64,000 nt of DNA, from positions 70,184,001 to 70,248,000 of the forward strand of contig NC_059426.1 in the NCBI RefSeq assembly GCF_021028975.2, written 5' to 3'. Below the pieces are notes generated by a model, which saw nothing but the letters and a program-made list of their open reading frames with translations, was not told the DNA's origin and made no database searches. The position numbers and the translations under genes were made by a program. Positions 12,600-24,535 of the stretch are shown in pieces (the stretch's first letter is position 1; each line of letters begins with the position of its first letter). Source of the DNA: Sphaerodactylus townsendi (lineage: Eukaryota).

Positions 12600-13068
12600 T
12601 TTCACAAAAACAAGGTTAAATTATTCCCTTTCAAATACCTGTAAGGCAGGTTCAAAGGTGTTCCATCTCACACAGAGTACATCCCTGTAATTCTCAAAAC
12701 ACAGAAACTCTCCACCACATTCTTTCAGATTGTAAGTTGTACCAGAGCGAGAACCAACAAAGGATCTTCTCCCTATTGTCAAACCTGAGAAGTTCAGCTC
12801 AGCCCTGAGTCCACTTTCTGCTGGAAGATAAAAGCGTCAGGATTATATTGGAGGTAGCAAAAAATTGGCGGAGGTATTTAGACTGAAAAAAACAAAGAAC
12901 CTCAGATGCTGATGTTTAGTGTAAATAGTTTTGCATTAATAGTTTGTTTCTAGCACAAGTTTACAGAATTCATTTGCTGATTGGTGTTTCAAATAGCATT
13001 GTATTTTACAATTTGTACACTATTATTTTATTGGTATGGGTGAGTAGACTGCAATAAATAAATAATAT
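12600..13068 (+). mobile_element. LINE 3' end (ORF2 C-terminal CCHC knuckle relic plus tail)
   Basis: Frameshifted GRFKGVP...PCNSQNTETLHHILSDCKLY followed by an (AATA)n tail. Confidence 0.6.
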
Positions 13069-13069
13069 T

Positions 13070-13178
13070 AGGCTCTGCTCTTCAGCTTCCAGGAAGAATA
13101 TGGTTTACCACTCTGAGATACAATGCAAGTCTAGATGGACATTTAGTTCAGTCTACTAGGACTCTTCTTATTCTTACG
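13070..13178 (+). mobile_element. CR1 LINE 3' UTR fragment
   Basis: 'ctagatggacattt...tctactaggactcttcttattcttac' resembles the CR1 end at 33782-33949. Confidence 0.5.
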
Positions 13179-13530
13179 TCTCTATTTTACTAACCTGAGA
13201 GGAATGGCGGACCACCATTATGCGCAATGGGAGAACAGACTATTCACCTATATAAAATGTAGGCAGGTCCCTATTGCTTTCCCCATCCATAGTATTCAAC
13301 CAACCCTGCTGGACGGTCAAGAAGTTTCTGGATCCATCACCTGTTTTCAAACAACATGAACCCAATAACATTTCCTGACCAAGGAAATCAGTTGGCTGTT
13401 CCACACTATGAAACATCAACAGAACATTGAGAAAATGAACTAGAAACATAGATGGTACTGGGATCTAAATATCAGGAGTCTGATATTTCTTGGGTTCGGT
13501 TAACTGAAAATAAATGTATTTTACATTAAT

Positions 13531-13890
13531 CTTACCTAGAGATTTTGCAACAATATTCAAAATACTACTGGCAAGATCAGAAAAGTTTTGGATGTATCCA
13601 CTTCCTTCTTGAATAAAAGAAAAAAGGCATGTTGGATTTCGCTAGCATGGTAATGCTTTTCTTTAGACTTAATGACTCAGGTAAAATTAACAAAGGCACT
13701 ATTAGCGAAGGATGATCCATTTTATCTGTCTGAGGAAGTGTGAGGAAATCTCCAGGTGAGAGGGAGATGTAATTCATTCTTTTGTCCCCAGGAGGTTTTA
13801 TTAGGTAAATGTGAGCAGTGGGTATTTTAAAAGTTCCTGAAAGGTCTCAGGATATTAATGAGGAAGCCATAATAGGTGAGTTCATTAAAA
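13531..13890 (-). promoter_or_regulatory. Candidate promoter / 5' non-coding exon of the OR at 7875-8819
   Basis: O/E (Ebf) consensus match TCCCCAGGAG at 13785-13794. Homeodomain TAATGA at 13670, 13856 and 13882-13887 (rc). Minus-strand AG/GTAAG donor at ~13531-13537. Confidence 0.4.
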
Positions 13891-14222
13891 TTATTTTTAC
13901 ATTCATTGAAGGGCGAAAAAAAGATTTTTCCTCTAACTTTCCAGAATACACCCCCTGCTGGCAGCACACTGAATTAAAAGTTGAGATAGATTGAACAATG
14001 AAGTAGTTTATGTTGGTGGGCAAAATCTGCAGCATGAATGTAACCCTCTCCTAGCAGGATTGCCAGATCCAGTGTGGTAAACTCCTGGAGATTTGGGGAA
14101 AACAGGGACCTCAGTGGGATCAATGCCATGGAGTCCAGTCTCCAAAGCATTCATTTTTCTCTACGAGGAAGGATCTCTGTAATCTGGAGACGAGATATAA
14201 TTCTGGGTGATCTCCAGTCCCA

Positions 14223-15295
14223 GGCTAGCGTCACCAAAATTTCAGGCTATCGCCAGATAACACTTCTGATGATACCAACCAAGTTTGGTGAAGTTTGGTT
14301 CAGGGAGTCCATAACGTTGGACCCCCTGATGGGTGCCCCCATCCCCCATTGTTTCCAATGGGAGCTAATAGTAGATGGGGCTACCCTTTTGAGGATCCAT
14401 ATCTTTGGACCCCCTGAACCAAACTTCAGTAAACCTAGGTGGTATCATCAGGAGAGTCTCCTGCTGACACCACCCAGGTTTGGTGAAGGTTTGCTCAGAG
14501 GGTCCAAAGTTATGGACTCCCAAAAGGGGTGCCCCATCCCCCATTGTTTCCAATGGGAGCTAATAGAAGATGGCGGCAACACCTTTGAAGGTCCATAACT
14601 TTGGACCCTTGAACCAAACTTCACCCAACCTGGGTGGTATCATCAGGAGAGTCTCCTAAAGATACCCTGAAAGTTTGGTGATGCTAGCTTAACAATTGAC
14701 CCCTGACAGCAGGCACCCCCCAAAATTCCCCAGATTCTCCTTTTGAATCCAACCCCTTCGGCATGGATTTAAAGGGAGAATCTGAGATCCCCAGATTAAA
14801 CATTGAAAGTGATGCTGTTTTAGGGTGGGGGATAATCCACCCCAAAACAGCATCACTTTCAATGTTGTTTTAACTGGGGACCCCAGATTCTCCCTTTAAG
14901 ATGGATTTAAAGGGAGAATCTGGGCTCCCTAATTTAAACACCATTGAAAGTGATGCTGTTTGGGGGTGGATTTCAGCATCACAGCAGCCACCCATGGGGG
15001 GGCGCAAATCTCAGGTTTTGCACCCGGCTCCATTTTCCCTAGCTACCCCTCTGCCTGGAGGGGAGGGTGAAGGGACTGCCGGCTACCAGCTGGGAGCCCA
15101 GCCGGGGGGGGGCGGGGGGTGGGGGGGCAAGCAGGGCATGGGAGTCTGCCATCTCTGGCCTCAGAGAGCTGCTTTTATAAGCACTGAGGCCAAGGGTGGG
15201 GCTTGGGGAGGTGTGGCCATGCCCTTAGGGGCGGGTGTGGGCGTGGACTCACCCCCGAACCCACCCCCCATAAAAAATCTATACCTATATCACTG
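14223..15295 (-). mobile_element. Truncated copy of the composite hAT-like element (same family as 28712-30159)
   Basis: Ends in TACCTATATCACTG, the reverse complement of the 28712 terminus. Two ~187-bp hairpin units at 14265-14650. Inner CAGAGGGGTAGCTAGG end at ~15053. Confidence 0.8.
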
Positions 15296-15519
15296 CCCCC
15301 AGCTATTTTCTGTTATAATTTTCTGTCAAAGGAGACACCTAGCTCATCTCCCAACTACCAGACTCAGGAGCCATCTAATAAAGTGCTACTAGGTAGTGCT
15401 TCTTCAGATGGGGAGAGAGGCTGATGGGGTTGCCATTATGTTACCACCTCTGGTGGACATGGGGCCCCCAGTATCTCTGGCATACTCCCCACCTCAGGGT
15501 GCGAAGCCACAGGTCACTC

Positions 15520-16215
15520 ACCTGATTGGCTAGATTGTTGCTCTAAATGGGCACCCTTTTTGTGCAATTGAAAATGTCAGCTTCTGTAGGCTGCTCCAGG
15601 AAGCCTATCCCTGATACACACCCCCTGCCGGCGGCACACTAAGCAGGAACATGTTGCCTTTGTTGTTTAGGGCTTCTAGAAACTATATGAAGTCACAGTT
15701 GTCTTGTACTCATAGGAGAAGTGTGCACTTCACATCCAACATCAGGAACTGTCTTCATGAGTATCTCTTGCTGATGCCTCACTTATGGCAACCTGAGATC
15801 ATTCTGGGTGGGGGTGGGGAAAATCAGCATTAGGCAAGTTAAGAGCCACTGGCCCAGCTACTACCAGACTCTGGTCCATGACGAGGTTCTCGATGAGGTG
15901 CGCATGGCAGACAGCATTTAAAACTCCCTTGAAAAGCAGTTTGTGGGGTGCATACACAGAGATATCTCCATGGACTTCATGGTGACCAATGGCAGGGCAA
16001 ATTAGGGCAGCAGCACAGACACTGAGTCTCAGGCACATTTACTATGCAGCCCACTTTCTCCACCTTGTGGTTAAGGATGCTTTGGGTCTGGGTTCTGAAG
16101 AGAATCCCAGGCTGCAAACTGAGACTTGTGATTTTCGACATCTCCAGAATTGCCAGTATCTCATGGGTCACTTCTTGCACCGTGTGAAAGATACCACGAG
16201 AATCAGATGCTGACA
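15520..16215 (+). pseudogene. hAT (Ac/ZBED1-type) transposase relic
   Basis: Translation with stops and frameshifts: IVALNGHPFCAIENVSFCRLLQEAYP*YTPP...TLSRNMLP...VHFTSNI...; GFMVTNG...; HIYYAAHFLHLVVKDALG. These correspond to the hAT P-F-x-x-x-E dimerisation block, the catalytic T-x-D-x-W region and the CxxH motif, all degenerate. Confidence 0.75.
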
Positions 16216-17289
16216 CACATGCCAGAGCACTTGTTGTGACATACCTATGAAGATGCCAGTCATAGATGAGGGCAAAATGTTAGGAGCAAAACTACCAGAC
16301 CATGGCCATGCAGTCCAGAAAACCCACAATAGCCACTTGATACCAGCCATATGTAGGTTTCCAGGCACACATAGTTTTGAACTGCAGATAAGACTAAATG
16401 TACCTTTTTGAAAAAATAAAGTCTATCTTTTAAAGTAAAACTGCTTAGTAAACATTTCCCCAGCTGGTTAACAGGCTGAATAGCACAGAAATAGCCAGCA
16501 TTATGTAATGGTTACAGTACTGTACTAGGATCTGGACTAAATTAGGAAACTATATTTATCCTATCCAGAAATGGAGCTTTTACTTTAAATATTAGTTTGA
16601 ATAGACAAAAAGCTCTGAATTATTTTCATTCCTGGTACATTAAAAAATTGTATGAGTTATTTTTGTTCCTGGCACATACAGAAAGCCTCATGCACTTTGC
16701 CAAAATAATTGATTGTAGAATCTAACAGGTTCTTGAGGGACCAAGAATCTTAAATTCCAACACTTGTCCTGTTTAGTAATTGTATTTTAGATAATTCTTC
16801 ATTCAGTTCTCTAAAGTTCCTTACAAACCATTTGGGAAAAGACATGTTTTTAAAATTTATGAAGTTACATACTTGAAAGCATTCATTTTCTATGCTCAAT
16901 TTTTTTTCTTTTTTTCTTTAAAGCTCTTGATACTAATTGGGGAAGAAAATGCCCAGTCTACGTCAAGTTAGGCCAAAAGGCTGAGCATGGGTTTCTCTGT
17001 AATTCTGGGCCGTCATTAACAACAGGAGGAAGCTATGAGAATGGGGTTCTGTTGAGATCCACAAGTATTAAAACAGTGTTTTCCTGCAGGTGAACCCAAA
17101 TATTTTAAAATATTAATTGTATGAATCTGTGATCTTTATAAATCTAGGAGGCTGTTCCATATCATGCAATGTTATGAACAGATTGCTTAAGCTGTTGTAT
17201 TTTTAAATTCATTAGGTTTCTTATTTCTTTGTTTTGTTTTGTTTCTCCTATGAACACCTAAGAAACTCCTTTCCCCAATTTTACTTAAA

Positions 17290-17488
17290 TGGCCCAGGCT
17301 GGCCCAATCTTGTCAGATCTCAGAAGTTAATCAGGGTAATAGCTGGATGAGAGATCACCAAGGAAGTCCAAGGTCACTATACAGAAGCAGACAATGGGAA
17401 ACCATCTCTGTTTTTCTTTGCCTTGAAAATTCCATGAGAAGTCACCAAAAGTTGTAAGCAACTACCAGCACTTTACACATACACACAA
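17290..17488 (+). mobile_element. 5S rRNA-derived SINE (5S-Sauria-like) with RTE/BovB-type tail
   Basis: gcccaatcttgtcagatctcagaagttaatcagggt...tggatgagagatc aligns to 5S rRNA (GCCCGATCTCGTCTGATCTCGGAAGCTAAGCAGGGT...TGGATGGGAGACC). Tail 'gccttgaaaattccatg...gcactttacacatacac'. Confidence 0.7.
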
Positions 17489-18044
17489 AATATTCTGTGT
17501 CATGAAGATGTAATTTAGCATCTTTTTGCACCCTGTCAAAAACATGGGAAAGTAAAAAAAATGTAAATTTCTAATAACCACTTGGTGGAAGGATACAGAC
17601 AAGCAGTTTATCATACATTACAAGCATAGTGTAATAAACTTGAGAAATGGTTGTTTCTATGTACCCTTAATCAGTTAAAAGAAAAAAGAAAATTAGACTT
17701 GACATTAATTGGATGTGCATTTCACATAAACGTAGTGTTTTAGATCACATAAAGTTAAGGTTCTTCAAATAAGCCTAGAATTTCTCAGTGATGCCACTTT
17801 AGGATGTTCAAAGATGTTTTTATTCATTGCTGTGATTTAACAAAGAGAACATTTCTTCTGATACATCTGTTGAAGACCCAATTTATTATCTTCTTTCTAT
17901 TTGAGAATTTACATTAAATCCCAGCATTACTCCCAGCTGGTCATCACATTACATAGCACTAAATAGCATATACGTATATAGAAAACACAAAACCTTTTGG
18001 TTTCTTTCCTCATGATTACAAAAAAGTAATATGGTATTTTTACT

Positions 18045-18965
18045 TCAGTGAATTACCCTGCCTGCTATTCTGTTCACAGCATCCTTTACATCTTTGTTCC
18101 TAAGGCTGTAGATTAGTGGATTGAGAAAGGAAATCACAAGTGTGTAAAACATAGATACAATTTTGTCCTGATCCACTGAGAAATTGGAACCAGGGCGAAT
18201 ATACATGAACATGATGGTTCCAAAGAAAATGGTAACAGTGGTTAGATGGGAAGCACAGGTGGAGAAGGCTTTGAATTTACCCTGGGCAGAGTGGATCTTT
18301 AGGATGGCAAAAACAATGGCAATGTAAGAGATCAAGACAATCAAAAAAGTAGTCAGTGCAATTATAGTGGATAAAATGAAATGTACAGTGTGAGTGACAT
18401 GGATATCTGAACAGGATAACTTAAGCATTGAGGGAACATCACAGAAAAAATGATTAATGATGTTTGAATTGCAGAAAGATAAACGAAATATCAAAATGGT
18501 TTGAACAGAAGAACTTGCAAAACCACAGGTATATGCTCCTACCAGTAATATGGTGCAAAATTTCTTAGACATAATCACGAAGTAGAGCAACGGGTTGCAG
18601 ATGGCTATGAAACGATCATATGCCATCACAGCCAGAAGACAGCCTTCAGTGGTGATAAAGAGAGCAAAAAAGTAAAATTGCACAGCACATCCTGTGAAGG
18701 AAATGCTTTTACCCTCAGTCACAAAGGTTGCCAGCAACTTGGGGCCAATTGCAGTAGAATAGCCAATGTCTACAATGGAGAGGTTTCTGAGAAAAAAGTA
18801 CATGGGAGTGTGTAGCTGAGCATCTATCTTGGTCAATATGATTATCCCAATATTCCCCACCAGACTGGTAAGATAGATGATAAGAAACAGCATGAAGAGG
18901 GGCACCTGAAGCTCCGGGTGATCCATGAATCCAAGAAGGATGAACTCAGTCACATTTTGATTCAT
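18045..18965 (-). CDS. Olfactory receptor, class II, family 5-like (306 aa, intact)
   Basis: NVT glycosylation site. [46 protein letters not shown]. Acceptor ...ttattacacAG at 18976-18975. Confidence 0.97.
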   Translation of the reverse strand: MNQNVTEFILLGFMDHPELQVPLFMLFLIIYLTSLVGNIGIIILTKIDAQLHTPMYFFLRNLSIVDIGYSTAIGPKLLATFVTEGKSISFTGCAVQFYFFALFITTEGCLLAVMAYDRFIAICNPLLYFVIMSKKFCTILLVGAYTCGFASSSVQTILIFRLSFCNSNIINHFFCDVPSMLKLSCSDIHVTHTVHFILSTIIALTTFLIVLISYIAIVFAILKIHSAQGKFKAFSTCASHLTTVTIFFGTIMFMYIRPGSNFSVDQDKIVSMFYTLVISFLNPLIYSLRNKDVKDAVNRIAGRVIH

Positions 18966-21479
18966 TGTTTATTCCTGTGTAATAACACACAAAAAAGGAT
19001 ATTCAGAACCAATACCAATACATGGCAGAACTAATACAGAAATAAACAAAATTGTGGTGGGGACTGGTACAAAATGAATAAATAAGCTTCACAATCCATA
19101 TAACTTTTAGTTTTCCACATGTTATGAAAACAAATGGTGAAAATTTCTATTGATTTTATAAATCTAGAATACTCCACCAGCTGTGTTTGGAAAATATTCA
19201 CAACCTTTCTTGTCATACAACTAAACAAGAAAGAAAGAAAATAACAGTGCAGTTGTAATGTTTCATATTTTTTGTTTGATTGTTCATTTGTTTGGTGAAG
19301 GTCCAATTAGGAAGTAGATTTTTCCTGCCAAATATTATGAATTTTCACTTGCACAGTGGACACAAAGAGCATGACAACCTTGTGTCTTTTTTTTTTTTAC
19401 CCTGGAGCCTCAAGTGGCAGGAGTACATGTCTGTTTTAAAACAACATTTTAGTGCATCAGTAGGGGGAAGTGAATTTTGCACACATATATCCACTCAGTG
19501 AGGTTCATGGTTGTATGAGGAATTGAACCCAGGTCTCTCAGGTCCAGCTTTCTAATGCAGACCACACAAGATCATACGTTGCCAGAATGTTTTCAAAGCA
19601 GGCATGATCATTGCAATGTTTGCTGCTTTATGAGATAATCTACCTGCACAAAGCTATGCCTTTCTGACGATGCTCTGGAGAACAATGAAGTAAATAAGGT
19701 CCATATTACCTTTATTACACTTTACACAATCTACAGGTTTCTTCCAGCTCCTTCTTCCTTATGGCCCTGTAAGATAGGTGAAGAAAAAAGAGGAGACACA
19801 TCACAAAGAGGTGGACAAGAGCAGGGAAGATATTCTGTCTATTGTTTCCTCTGACTGATAAAAAACTGCTTTTCAAATCAGAGCCAAAACAGTAATACAT
19901 TAAAAGAGTAAAGTTTAGTGCATCAAATGTAGAGATAGAGATACACAGAGATAGCATGCAAATATTTTAAAATTTAAAAAATGGAGTTCTTTCTATAGAA
20001 GATGATATTCTGAGTCCCAAAGTAAGAACTCAGGCAAGTGCAGCAACAAGTCCCCACAATGTTTCTAATTGCCATATAAATCATTGATAATTAGAGAGTC
20101 TCTAATTGTCATATAAATTGATAATGGCACCATCAACTGGCTAACATTCAACTGAATAAAACAAAAGTCCAGTGGCATCTTAAAGACTAATAACATTTAT
20201 TTCAACATTAGTCTTTACGGTTTTTGTTTTGTTTCACTATTATAGTAAAACAGACTGGCATGAGTTGCTTACATTTGCTGACTCATAATTCAATTCTTAA
20301 AAACAGGGAGCAAAATGCAGGCCCAGGAGAAGTCACCCAGTTACAAAGACTGGGTTGTGTAACGTATAATGAGATCCCAGCACTGCATCATGCAAACTGT
20401 CCTTAGTATATATGGATGGACTGGCCATTTAACTTGCAGTGAAATTTCCCAGTAGGCCACTGCCCTGCCAGTAGCCAGGAGCAAGCATAGCCAAGCCCTA
20501 GCCAGGCTGCAAATGACTCAAGGCTCAGATCCTCCTTCAGCAGAGGAAATTGATGTGAGTCCCACTGTCTTCTCCTGTACTGCTGCCAGTTTAAGGAAGG
20601 AAGCAATGAGTGAATTAATGTTCTTTACTGGGGCTGCTGCTGAGCTGAGAGGCCACTGTACCATTGACATATAGCACCACTGAAACTACTGAACTTGCCT
20701 TGTTCCAAAGACATTTTCATTTCCCAATCCGCTCTCATGCACATAAAAGTGTGCTTCCTGAATCATGGTCAGTATAGGTGGAGTAAGAAGTTATTGAAAC
20801 TGAGAGGTTAAAAAATGCAAAAATCTCAAAAAAATTCCTCTATAGACTGAAATTTATATCATAGTAGTGAAGCCAAAAGGAAACTATTAATAATATGATA
20901 TAAATTGTAACTGAACTTCTGTAACTAGCTGCTTCCCACTGTAGGAAAAGAAGACATCTCATGTAGCATCACAGAAAAACTGCCAAACCACACAAAGATA
21001 GGGGACTGGAGTAAATTATGATTTAATTTAGTTTTCAGGTAGTGAAGCTGTTCATAGAGCTGATTTCTAGAAATAAAGCTGCCTATGCATTTTAGAGAGC
21101 ATGTCAGGTTAAATTCAAAATATTCAAAAGAAACATACCAGTCAGGAGGATGAGATGTCATTCCAAAAGCCAAATGACATGATATGTGCATAGCATGGTT
21201 CATTTATTCATTTTGTAGATGGATTGGCATTACTTTGGAGCTGAGTGACTGAAAGTCTCAGGTGAGTCTTATATCACTAATTTGCTCCATATGACCTCTC
21301 GGCATAATCATCTGAGGACACTCTAGGTGGGAATTTGTGTCTGTGCTATTCTTCCTTAATTATGGTTTCAAACATAAATGTTTCCACTCCATTCAAATCA
21401 CAATGTATCAAGAATTCTCAATAGATACTATTCTTAATCTTGTTACGAAGTGAGTGGTACAATTTTTGTCCACTCGTTT

Positions 21480-21830
21480 ATAACTCGTTTATAACTAAGA
21501 CATTCTGTTAATACTAGATTATTATTATCACAGGTAGCTAAATACGGTATTATTGTGTTACTTTTGACCACTAAGGAGGGCCAACAGGCTGAAATGTGTC
21601 TGATTTTAAGGGTCAAAAAGTGTCCCTTAGGACCACTCGGTGTCTTGTAATTGTGATAATTGAGTACATAAGCTGGGCTATTATGGTCCTTTTATAAATG
21701 TATGATTTTAATTTTTAATAAATACATATGTGTTTTGATACTTAGCAGTTTTATATTTAGTGGCCTCTTTATTTCTTAAATGTTTAGGTACTTAATTCTA
21801 GTTTGTGGGGTTAAGTTTGTTATCCCCTTC
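21480..21830 (+). mobile_element. Penelope-like element (pseudo-LTR) remnant
   Basis: Contains a decayed minimal hammerhead motif at 21561-21620 followed by an AT-rich AATAAA segment. Boundaries approximate. Confidence 0.5.
21561..21620 (+). ncRNA. Degenerate type I hammerhead ribozyme
   Basis: CCA-CTAAGGA-G-GGCC-AACA-GGCT-GAAA-TGTG-TC-TGA versus CCA-CTGANGA-stem-GAAA-CGCG-TC-TGG. Flanked by the inverted repeat CTTTTGACC / GGTCAAAAAG. Confidence 0.6.
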
Positions 21831-22029
21831 TTTGTTTGCAAGCCCATAGAGCCCAGTGGAAGGCTCTTCAGCAGTGGGGAGGCTAAGAAGTCCTCCTGTA
21901 GGCAGCAGAGCAGTGCCACAGTGGTGCTGTGTCCTGCCACGGGGGGCTCTGGATGAGACTGTAATTATGAGAAAGTTTGGAATTATGAGAGTATTCTTCC
22001 AAAATATTTTATTTTTTCCAAACTATCCT

Positions 22030-23503
22030 GATCATTGTTAAAGATAAACCATTGATACAATGGAAGAGAGATTTGATAAAGTTTATGTGCAGAAAGAAAA
22101 AGCTGAATCCAAGGATGAATAGCACTACCTGACTTGAGGATGTACTACCAAGCATGTGCCTTCATATGGATAAAATAATGGATAGTTTTGGAAAAAGAAA
22201 GGCTATTTAGATTAGACGGGCCCAACAATGTATATGGTTGGCACACGTACATGTGACTTGAAAAAGAGAAATCGGATAGAATCTTCAAAACCATTTGTGA
22301 AGGTGAACCCTTTTAAAAATATGGATGAAATATAAGATCAAGATATATTGCATTACAATTAAGAAATTATAAGAAATTGGGATTTGGTTTAAGATATAGA
22401 GATATAACAGAGAAAAGAGATAATGAGATGTTTTTTAAAGCAAGGGAACAAATGAAGAGGTAAAATGTCACTGGTTCCTATATATGCAAGTAAGAAATAC
22501 ACTTGAAACAAATGAGAAGAAATGAGGTTTTGCACCAGACCATACAGAATTTGAAAAGAGTTTTTGTTCTGAGAATGAAAAGCTGATAAAGAAAAAGCAC
22601 AAATATCTGTTGATTTTTCAGACTGAGAAAGAGTTAATGAAGCAATGACAAAGTGGGCACAAAATGTAGGAAGAAATATAACAATGGAAGAATGGGAAAA
22701 ATCTTGGAAGAGGCTAAATAAGTTCACATTAAGTATGAATTTGAAAGAAAATTATTATAAAGTCTTCTATAAATACTTCTATATTTGCCAGCTATTGCCA
22801 GTTATTGTTTAAAAAATGTGCAAAAATGATGCCCCAGCTTGCTGGAAATGTAAAAAAAGGTACATATTTTCATACATGGTGGCCCTCTAAAAATGTTCAG
22901 AAATATTGATGAACAGTTTATAATTTAGCTCAAAAATATAAAAGATGAAATTTGATATGAACTCTAAAATGTACTTATTTGGAATATTTGATATTGAAGC
23001 ATTAAATAAAAATGATACCTTGTTTTCTATGTGATTACAGTGGCAAAAATGCTGGGAAATGCTGAAGATTCTGACTGAGGAGGAATGGCTGAATAAAATA
23101 TGGGAGTATATGAAATTAGATGAAGTAACCAAAATGTTGAAAGAAAGCCCATTAGGAAAATGTGAGAGAATAAGGTTACCTTAGAATTTATGATAGAACA
23201 ATGTGGCTCAGATTTATTTTCAGCTGTGTTTAAGTTTTAGCATGAAGGTTGGATATTTATTAAGTTTCCTCTCTTTTTAGATGATGCTGTATTGGTATAT
23301 TTCCTTTTAAAATCTCTTCTCTGTTATTTGAATTAGATAGGCATGACATATATTAGACAAAGAGGCAGAATGTAAGATATTTCTCAAATGGATGTGAACA
23401 TGGAGGTCAAAATGTCTGTGCAACACTAATTAAGTGTGATTTTTTAATCTGTATGTATTCTTTTTGAAGAACTTAATAAAGACTTTATATTAACAAAAAA
23501 GAA
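22030..23503 (+). mobile_element. 5'-truncated L1-clade LINE (ORF2 C-terminus, 3' UTR, A-rich tail)
   Basis: WKRDLIKF..., ALPDLRMYYQAC..WIK, CWKCKK..GTYFHTWW cysteine-rich motif at ~22840-22882, AATAAA plus A tail at ~23475-23503. Many stops. Confidence 0.8.
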
Positions 23504-23585
23504 ATATAATTATTATTGGGAAAGAAACCATCACTCAGATTTTTAGACTGATGGGCTCAAGTCTTCAAAGCTAATAAAAGACACT

Positions 23586-24300
23586 TGTGAATCACCACGA
23601 GGCGCAGTTGCTGCCGGGGATGGGGAAGAAGCTTATAGGCCATAGTGACGCACTCACTTCCCTGCATTAAAGTTGAGGGGCGGAAGGGAGAAGGACTCCA
23701 TGCTAGAGAAGGGCGTGAAGCTGCCACCAGAAGAAAGTGAGGGGCGAAAGCAAGAGACTTTAAAGCCGGCTTCCCCTCCCTTTGCTCCCGGGCCATGTGC
23801 TCGCATTGGCTTTCACGACATTTGCTCCACCCACCTCTCCCTAAATTTTTTTTTTTTTATGCGTGTTAATGGCATGCTTATTTTGTCCATAGCCCTGATG
23901 ATTGGGCGGTTTGGCGCATGACAGGTATGGCTTCTGGAGAGGGAAGGGGAAGGGAGCTAGGGAGCTACTCTTTCCCCTATGGGAACGGGCAACAGCGGCA
24001 AGAGGCTGACCGCCCTCTGTCGAACCGGGCCGGCGGGGAAACATCTCTGGCCAGGAGCTGCCTGCCCGCTGAGAGCCCCGCAATGGAAACCCGAAGGCTT
24101 CGAACGCAGGCATCCGGCCTCTGGCTGAGCTGTCGCACGTCACCTGTTTTACCAGACCCAGACCCATGCTTAGCCTCACACTTCTGCTCAATAAAATGGC
24201 TATGGCCAATTTATTACCCAGCAATTGAGTACTGTGTATTATTGTTAAAAGGGGACTCGCACAAAAAGAGATCCACCCTCGGACAGCAACAACTGGTAGC
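23586..24300 (+). mobile_element. Probable LTR (CpG-rich) followed by a partial primer-binding site
   Basis: TGT...CAACA ends (24291), TTTAAA/TATA-like box at ~23759, AATAAA at ~24190, TGGTAGC at 24294-24300 (start of an initiator-Met PBS). No TSD found and the left boundary is uncertain (23586 or 23864). Confidence 0.5.
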
Positions 24301-24359
24301 GTACAGTGGTGCAGTAGATTGGAGATAACATGTCTCTTAGGAAACTCTCCACAAGGCCC

Positions 24360-24535
24360 TAGTAGGTCCTAAGGGAATGTTAACAACCACAGTTGTGTCT
24401 CATTGACAAAGATGCCTTTAGGGTTTTTGTTGCTAATTGCCAGTGAAGAATATATAAATACCATTTTTTAAAAAATTCCTTCAATAGCCTTGCATTCATG
24501 AATGAAACATATCCTGTTACCACAGCAGGTAGGTT
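24360..24535 (+). promoter_or_regulatory. Candidate promoter / first exon of the OR at 27227-28165
   Basis: O/E-like TCCTAAGGGA 24367-24376, homeodomain CTAATTG 24433-24439, TATATAAA 24451-24458 and donor CAG/GTAGGT at 24528/24529, all in the expected order. Confidence 0.4.

Noticed and set aside
17290-17375. 5S rRNA gene
   Set aside because: Partial, internally deleted and fused to a retroposon tail.
19663-19700. CTGACGA as a hammerhead core
   Set aside because: No correctly placed GAAA box or helix I.
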